Assembly (NCBI GenBank): GCA_963676615.1
Contig: OY781092.1
Location: 1,496,545 to 1,560,544 of the forward strand
DNA: 64,000 nt
DNA from: Candidatus Cloacimonadota bacterium
Lineage (GTDB): Bacteria; Cloacimonadota; Cloacimonadia; G963667145
Direction of reading: 5' to 3'
Part shown: in pieces, positions 58,290 to 64,000 of the stretch
Position numbering within the stretch: position 1 is the first letter of the stretch
Layout of the letters: every line of letters starts with the position of its first letter
Position numbers and translations under genes: made by a program
Notes under the pieces: model-generated
Databases searched by the model: none
The model's input: the letters and a program-made list of their open reading frames with translations, nothing else
What the model was told of the DNA's origin: nothing

Positions 58290-61200
58290 GTGAAAAAAAA
58301 TGCAGGAAGTCGATTTAGGGTAGGCAGATTTTTCGGTTTGTCGCTTGCTTTCTTGTTTTTGCTTTTGGGCTGTAACGATATGATCACCCAAAACGATGTG
58401 GCGCCAAATCCGTCGGATATGTCTGCTTCCACAGACAACGAAGATTATGTGACTGTCACTTGGAACTGCTCTGGCGATGTAAACACTTTCGTTGTTTATC
58501 GGGCAGAAGAGTACGAAGCGCTCAGCACAGAGTATCTGAAGCTCGCCACTGTCGAGGGCAAAATCTACAACGACAACAGCAGCTCGCTCATTCCCGGCAA
58601 AAGCTATTACTACAATGTGGCGACTGTCGGCGGGATGATCGCCTCGGAGTCGAAAAGGCCGACGATGGGCTGCCTAAAGGTGCCGACTCTGGAAGATTTG
58701 AGCGCCAGCCAAGATTTGGAAGACAAAATCAGACTCTCTTGGACTGTGCCCAGCTCGATTATGAACAAAGAGCTAGACGGCTATGTAACGATCAAATATG
58801 CAGAAAATGGAGACAACGCCAGCATAAACAACGGCTACCAAGAGGTTATCGTGCTTGACGATCTGGTCAACAGCTACGACCTCACCAATGTGGTTATCGG
58901 GCAGTCTTATTACATCAAAGCGACAGTCTCTGTCAAAGCCAAAGGCGCCAGCGATTTGGAGCTGCGGCATTCGGCGTCCAGCAACATCGTTATCGGCAAC
59001 ACCAAAGTCACTTCTCCAAAAACTGTAACAGCCAGCAAGGGCAACTATTCAGATGGTATTCGGGTCACTTGGAGCGAAGTTGTGGGAATCGACGGTGTTG
59101 TCATCAAAAGGTCGGATGAGTCTAGGGGCTTTACGATGTATGACCAGATTGTAGGTGATTTTTATGATGGAGAAGCTGAATTTAAGGAGCGAAAATTCAA
59201 CGACACGACCTCCAGCGTCAAGATGGGCTCTCCATATCGCTATGCGGTGTATGGTCTTATCAATAACGGCTTGGGCGCTTACGACACTTTGGCGATAAAT
59301 AGCGCAGGACTTGACCAAAAAGATACTACGGGGCAGTTCCTAAACCTCGGTTACAAAAATTACGAGCAAGCAGAAAATTTGAGCGTATCGCAAGACAGCA
59401 TCGGCAAAATCGTGCTGAATTACCAAACGAACGCCGACGAATTTGATAACCTCTATGCGCAACTATATCGCAGAGACTATTTCGGCTCTAGCACTTCAGA
59501 CACGGCTGCGTGCGGCGCCGCTTTGCTTTTGACCGATCCGCTGTTCTCTTTTGTGGACGAAGATGTCGTCCCTGGCAAAAAATATTTCTACTCTGTAAAT
59601 ATCTACCGACTGGACGGCGGCATAAAAGAGGGAGCTTCTGGGCTTTCCGAGCCAGTTGTCGGTGTCAGCAGATTGGCGGCTCCAGAGAACCTCGTGGCTA
59701 CCGACGGCACCAGCAACGACGCCGTGATCTTGACTTGGAACAGCGTTACGGGCGCAAACAAATACGACATCTATATGGGCACAGACACCGCAAAGCTCGG
59801 CTATGTGGGCAGCAGTTTGGACACGACCTACTCTGTCAGCAGAGCCTACTACGAAACAGGCAAAGTCTTCTATTTCCGTGTGAGCGCTCTCGGCGACATC
59901 TATTCGCAAAAATCGAACCTCGACTCTGGCTGGATACGGATTAACGCTCCACTAGACTTTAGGCTGATTAGCACTAAAACAGATGGCTTCGAGCTTGGCT
60001 GGGTAGCCGTTCAAAACGCTAGAGAGTATGTGTTGTATCGCCGCAACTATCTTCCAGATTCGGTTTATGCTGTGGTGGACACGCTGGACAAAAATTTGAC
60101 AACTTTCATCGACTCTGGTCTTGAATCTGGCTTCCAATACGCCTACAAAATCGTTACCGTTAGTAACCAAGAGATAGCTCCAGACACTTATCAGATGTCT
60201 GACAGCTCCAACGAGGTGATGTCCCGCACAACGCTGCGCTCGCCGATTTTGGACTCTGTCAGCATCAACGAAGACGGACAAATAAGGCTCTGGTGGACGG
60301 GCATTCCGGGCATCGTCGATTTGCAATACAGAATCTACAAAGAGGTTGGTGGCGGCTATGAGTCGTTTGCTCAGACGAGCAGCTCCGAGTACACTTTCAG
60401 GGGAGATTCGCTGGTCCCAGGTAAGGTTTACAGGTTTGGCGTTAGTGCGTTCACCACCACCGAGTTTAACGAAGAGTCGAAGTTAAGTAACACTCGCAAA
60501 GGGTATAGCAGACTGGATTCCGCCTACGATTTAACCGCAACTTTCGGAACAGTCACCGACACGATCAAACTCACTTGGAAATCGCTCAAAAATAGCGGCG
60601 TGACGGAGTTCAGACTCTTTCGGGCTAACAGCGGCACGACGGACTTTGTGGAAGTGGGCAAGGTGCTAGACACCAGCTTCGACACGATTATGGCAGATTA
60701 CAAAGAGTATAGCTTCGACGATTACAAAAATCTGGAGGGCGGCCGCCAATATGACTACAAGGTGTTCTCCTATCGCGAAGATTATTGCACGCAAACAGTG
60801 AAAGACGACATTTGGAGCAATATCGCCATAGGCAAGATAAAGATTTTGCCGCCAAAATTTTATGCGGTAGATTGCGGCGCACAAGTGGACACGATTGGCA
60901 TCTATTTTGCAGAGGACGACGGTGTCGAGAGCTATTTGTGCTACTACAGCAATCAGCCAGATATCAGCACAGCCGATTCTGTGGAGTTTTTGCCGATAGA
61001 GGCTTCAACATACAACTACAAAAGGCTAAAGTATAAGCTAGATTTGCAAGCTCATGGCTTGAAAAACGGAAAGCTCTATTACTTCTGGATTGCTTGCCGC
61101 AAAGCGGGCGAGCTGTCTGCCGCAAGCGAGTGGAAGCCTGGATTTTCGCAGTTTGCCAAACCGACGATAGCCTCGCCAGCGACCAAAGGCACACAAGATT

Positions 61201-64000
61201 ATATCGGCTTTGCTTGGGACGGACAAGACATCTCCGATTCCATAATCTACGAAATTCGCAGAACCAAACACAGCAACAGCATAACCCAAGAGCTTGCCAC
61301 CACAGACACTTTCTACCACGATGCGTCGGTCGATCCTGGCTTTAAGTATATCTACAAATATCGGATCAAAAACCAAACAGCTTTTGAGGTTTGCAACTCT
61401 TTCTACGAGGGTTTCGATGAAAATTTGACGCGGTCTTTCTATTCCGACACGACCGCAGGCTATGTGATGATAGAAAAGGTGCAGGGGCTGCAGGCGACAA
61501 CAGACGAGAAAAATTTTGTGCTGGTCACTTGGGACGATCTCGCAGGTGATGTGCTTTACGACATTTTGCGAAAAAGAGTGGACAAGACCGATTGGACAAA
61601 GGTCGATAGCAGCTTGGACACTTCCAGATTTAAGGACAACGCAAACTTCGGCAACGAAAGAGGTTACGCCTACTACTACAAAATCCGCTCTTACACCAAT
61701 GACTATCCAAATCTTAGCCAATTTTCCGACAGCGTGCGTGGGAATATGCTCTTTCCTGCTCCAGCGGGTGTGGTAGCGAGCAAAGGCGTTTACGCCGACA
61801 CGATCAAGGTGAGCTGGGACTCCATCTCGCTGGTGGACGAGTACGAGGTTTTGCGGATTGATCCCGACGGAACGCAGTTGTCGCGGTCGCCAAAGCTGAA
61901 AAAGAGCGGAAACGAGTTCTATTTTTACGACGACAGTTCTTTGGTGCGTGGCAATGGTTATCTATATATGATACGGGCGAAATTGCGTCACAATCTCGGG
62001 TTTACGGAGTATAGCGACACGACAGACGCTTACAAAAAAGAGCAAGCCACTGGCTACACCAAATTGCCAAAAGTGACAGGAGTAACGGCGACAGAGGGCG
62101 AATTTATGGACAGCGTGGTGGTCACTTGGGATCCAGTGAGCGTGGCAAATTCGTATATGGTTTTCCGTTACGACAGCGACAGGAATTTGGTGACGACCGA
62201 GGTTACAGAAAATAGGTTCTCCGACCGTCGAGCCGCAGGAATAAAGGGCGGCAAATTCTATTACTATGCGATAGTTGCCAAAAAAGGACCGCTGGAGTCT
62301 GTGAGTCCGAGCAAAGAAGCCCGCGGATATTTGGCGCTCTATGGACCAACGGGAGTCAGGGCGAGTCAAGGCTTGCTGGACAGCATCGTCATCGAATGGG
62401 ACACGCTGACCACGGCGAAAACTGTTAAATACTACATCTATCGTGGCGACGACCCAGCTGTGCCGATAGACAGCGTCGATCAGCCTTTGCACAGATACGC
62501 CTATCCTGTGCCGACACCAGAAAAAGGTGCAAATATAGATTTCTTCGTGGAAGCGCAAAGTTACTATTTTGGCAGAACGGGGCAGAGCGATACTGTTACT
62601 GGCTATTGTCAGCTGGACACGCTTGTGGGCTTTGCTCTGGCGGAGATAGACGAAGGCACAGAAAATCCAAAAATCCAGATAACTTGGACTTCGGCGGAAA
62701 GCTCGGATAGCACCAGATTGCAGATAAAAAATGGCGCAATTTGGGAAGATTTGGTAACATTGCCCAAAGAGGTTGGTGTCTATTTGGATAGCGGCAGAAT
62801 GGTCGGCAAAAGGTTGCAATATCGAGGGCAAAGCATCAAATATGACCGTGACAACATCAAATATTCTTCGTATGTAGAAGACGAAATCTTTTTGCTGATT
62901 CCAACCGTTGAGTTCGATACGATAACCCAAGCCGTCTTTGGTTACAAAGTGTTTTTGCGTTGGCCAGGATTGCCGACTAACGACGGGAAGTTTTATCAAA
63001 TTTTCGTTTATAATAACGAAGGAAATTATCTGAGCGAGACTGCGGACGATACGCTAAGATTGATAGAGTCGGGCAAAAGCTCCTACACCTTTGATCACAG
63101 CATCGTCTCCGACCCTAAATTCGTTCGAGGCAGGAAATATTTTTATCGCCTGCGGACAAGGACTATGCCCGAAGGACCAGACGGAGTGTGGTCGGATCTT
63201 ACTCCGCAATCTCCAACGCCTGCACACTATTATGGCTGGGCAAAAACTCCCGCTCCTGTGTTCGACAGTGTCAGCAAAGATTTAGTCAGCGAAATAAAAC
63301 TGAAATGGATATTCAATAGCGACGCTGTGGACGCTCAGCTAAGGATAATTGGTGTAACCGAAGATCGGCTAGTGAATTTGCTGAACAAAACAGAAGATAC
63401 TCGACCAGATGTCTATGGCGGACACGATTATAAGTTTATCATACGAGCTATCAACACCGATTTGGGAGATACATCGGATTGGTCGGACACCGCCTATGGA
63501 ATGGCTCTTTTGGGACCGCCGCCTGCCGTCGTTGCGACAAAAGGCACCGAAAGCGGCAAAGTAGAAGTTTCGTGGAATGTAAGCAGCAGCACCGACAACT
63601 ATGGCGCCGAGAAATATATGATCGAAAGGGGCAGCGATACCCTCAACTATATAGAACTGGCGACAATAGATGATAACAGCTGGAACACAAATCCATATAC
63701 CAATAGTTTCACTTACGACGATGTGATGTCTGCCTCGGAGATGGGCAAAGTTTACTTCTATCGAGTAACATCTGTCGGAACTCCAGGCAACATCTCTGAT
63801 CCGAGCGCATACGACTCTGGCTGGGCGAGAATTCCTGCGCCAGTGATTACGGCGTTTACAGGGCAAAACGGCAGATTGGCTATCGAAAACGACAGCATCA
63901 GAATAGAGTGGGAAGACCCCTGCAATTTGGAGCTAGACTCGGTAACCTATACCGTTACTGTCTCTGGCGATAATGGATTTTCTGCAACAGCAACTATGTC
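58290..64000 (+). CDS. Second giant FN3-repeat lipoprotein, paralogue of 24845-57973 (partial; runs off the right edge, >1900 aa)
   Basis: GTG start after AGGAG gives MKKNAGSRFRVGRFFGLSLAFLFLLLG-C28-NDMITQ... The same frame is still open at the window end (...VTYTVTVSGDNGFSATATM). FN3 repeats are collinear with the first giant protein. Confidence 0.9.
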   Translation, partial: MKKNAGSRFRVGRFFGLSLAFLFLLLGCNDMITQNDVAPNPSDMSASTDNEDYVTVTWNCSGDVNTFVVYRAEEYEALSTEYLKLATVEGKIYNDNSSSLIPGKSYYYNVATVGGMIASESKRPTMGCLKVPTLEDLSASQDLEDKIRLSWTVPSSIMNKELDGYVTIKYAENGDNASINNGYQEVIVLDDLVNSYDLTNVVIGQSYYIKATVSVKAKGASDLELRHSASSNIVIGNTKVTSPKTVTASKGNYSDGIRVTWSEVVGIDGVVIKRSDESRGFTMYDQIVGDFYDGEAEFKERKFNDTTSSVKMGSPYRYAVYGLINNGLGAYDTLAINSAGLDQKDTTGQFLNLGYKNYEQAENLSVSQDSIGKIVLNYQTNADEFDNLYAQLYRRDYFGSSTSDTAACGAALLLTDPLFSFVDEDVVPGKKYFYSVNIYRLDGGIKEGASGLSEPVVGVSRLAAPENLVATDGTSNDAVILTWNSVTGANKYDIYMGTDTAKLGYVGSSLDTTYSVSRAYYETGKVFYFRVSALGDIYSQKSNLDSGWIRINAPLDFRLISTKTDGFELGWVAVQNAREYVLYRRNYLPDSVYAVVDTLDKNLTTFIDSGLESGFQYAYKIVTVSNQEIAPDTYQMSDSSNEVMSRTTLRSPILDSVSINEDGQIRLWWTGIPGIVDLQYRIYKEVGGGYESFAQTSSSEYTFRGDSLVPGKVYRFGVSAFTTTEFNEESKLSNTRKGYSRLDSAYDLTATFGTVTDTIKLTWKSLKNSGVTEFRLFRANSGTTDFVEVGKVLDTSFDTIMADYKEYSFDDYKNLEGGRQYDYKVFSYREDYCTQTVKDDIWSNIAIGKIKILPPKFYAVDCGAQVDTIGIYFAEDDGVESYLCYYSNQPDISTADSVEFLPIEASTYNYKRLKYKLDLQAHGLKNGKLYYFWIACRKAGELSAASEWKPGFSQFAKPTIASPATKGTQDYIGFAWDGQDISDSIIYEIRRTKHSNSITQELATTDTFYHDASVDPGFKYIYKYRIKNQTAFEVCNSFYEGFDENLTRSFYSDTTAGYVMIEKVQGLQATTDEKNFVLVTWDDLAGDVLYDILRKRVDKTDWTKVDSSLDTSRFKDNANFGNERGYAYYYKIRSYTNDYPNLSQFSDSVRGNMLFPAPAGVVASKGVYADTIKVSWDSISLVDEYEVLRIDPDGTQLSRSPKLKKSGNEFYFYDDSSLVRGNGYLYMIRAKLRHNLGFTEYSDTTDAYKKEQATGYTKLPKVTGVTATEGEFMDSVVVTWDPVSVANSYMVFRYDSDRNLVTTEVTENRFSDRRAAGIKGGKFYYYAIVAKKGPLESVSPSKEARGYLALYGPTGVRASQGLLDSIVIEWDTLTTAKTVKYYIYRGDDPAVPIDSVDQPLHRYAYPVPTPEKGANIDFFVEAQSYYFGRTGQSDTVTGYCQLDTLVGFALAEIDEGTENPKIQITWTSAESSDSTRLQIKNGAIWEDLVTLPKEVGVYLDSGRMVGKRLQYRGQSIKYDRDNIKYSSYVEDEIFLLIPTVEFDTITQAVFGYKVFLRWPGLPTNDGKFYQIFVYNNEGNYLSETADDTLRLIESGKSSYTFDHSIVSDPKFVRGRKYFYRLRTRTMPEGPDGVWSDLTPQSPTPAHYYGWAKTPAPVFDSVSKDLVSEIKLKWIFNSDAVDAQLRIIGVTEDRLVNLLNKTEDTRPDVYGGHDYKFIIRAINTDLGDTSDWSDTAYGMALLGPPPAVVATKGTESGKVEVSWNVSSSTDNYGAEKYMIERGSDTLNYIELATIDDNSWNTNPYTNSFTYDDVMSASEMGKVYFYRVTSVGTPGNISDPSAYDSGWARIPAPVITAFTGQNGRLAIENDSIRIEWEDPCNLELDSVTYTVTVSGDNGFSATATM

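Noticed and set aside
50100-58290. Diversity-generating retroelement targeting the giant protein tip
   Set aside because: No reverse transcriptase and no near-identical template/variable repeat pair differing at adenines is visible in this window.
58293-58300. A8 tract right after the start codon as a phase-variation switch
   Set aside because: A/T homopolymers of 7-9 nt are common throughout this window, including in housekeeping genes, so this one is not distinctive.

Overview
Bacterial chromosomal window, probably from an anaerobic diderm. Gene style suggests the FCB group, possibly Cloacimonadota, but that is an unverified impression. Bases 1-22 kb hold mostly housekeeping genes: a partial clpB with a CIRCE-like operator, a DAACS transporter, an Asp/Glu racemase, SulP, a queuosine-precursor transporter, ygeY, yccA, ridA, lgt with a lipoprotein, an acyl-CoA synthetase, and an FMN-riboswitch-controlled ribD-E-BA-H operon ending in an ImpX-like transporter. 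A low-GC defence island (about 8.2-13.1 kb) interrupts this region. It encodes two DNA methyltransferases and a restriction endonuclease, with a GmrSD-like DUF262/DUF1524 gene wedged inside the operon. At 22-24.2 kb there is a highly structured non-coding repeat mosaic with an intact IS256 inserted in it. Two tandem giant lipoprotein genes fill the remaining ~39 kb. The first is an 11,042-aa protein: lipobox, about 80 FN3-like domains including a 3x five-domain super-repeat, and a C-terminal tip of about 7 GLUG-type modules, with dense D-S/T motifs. The second is a domain-for-domain collinear paralogue starting at 58290 that runs off the window and is missing from the ORF track. All calls come from motif recognition by eye; no database searches were run.
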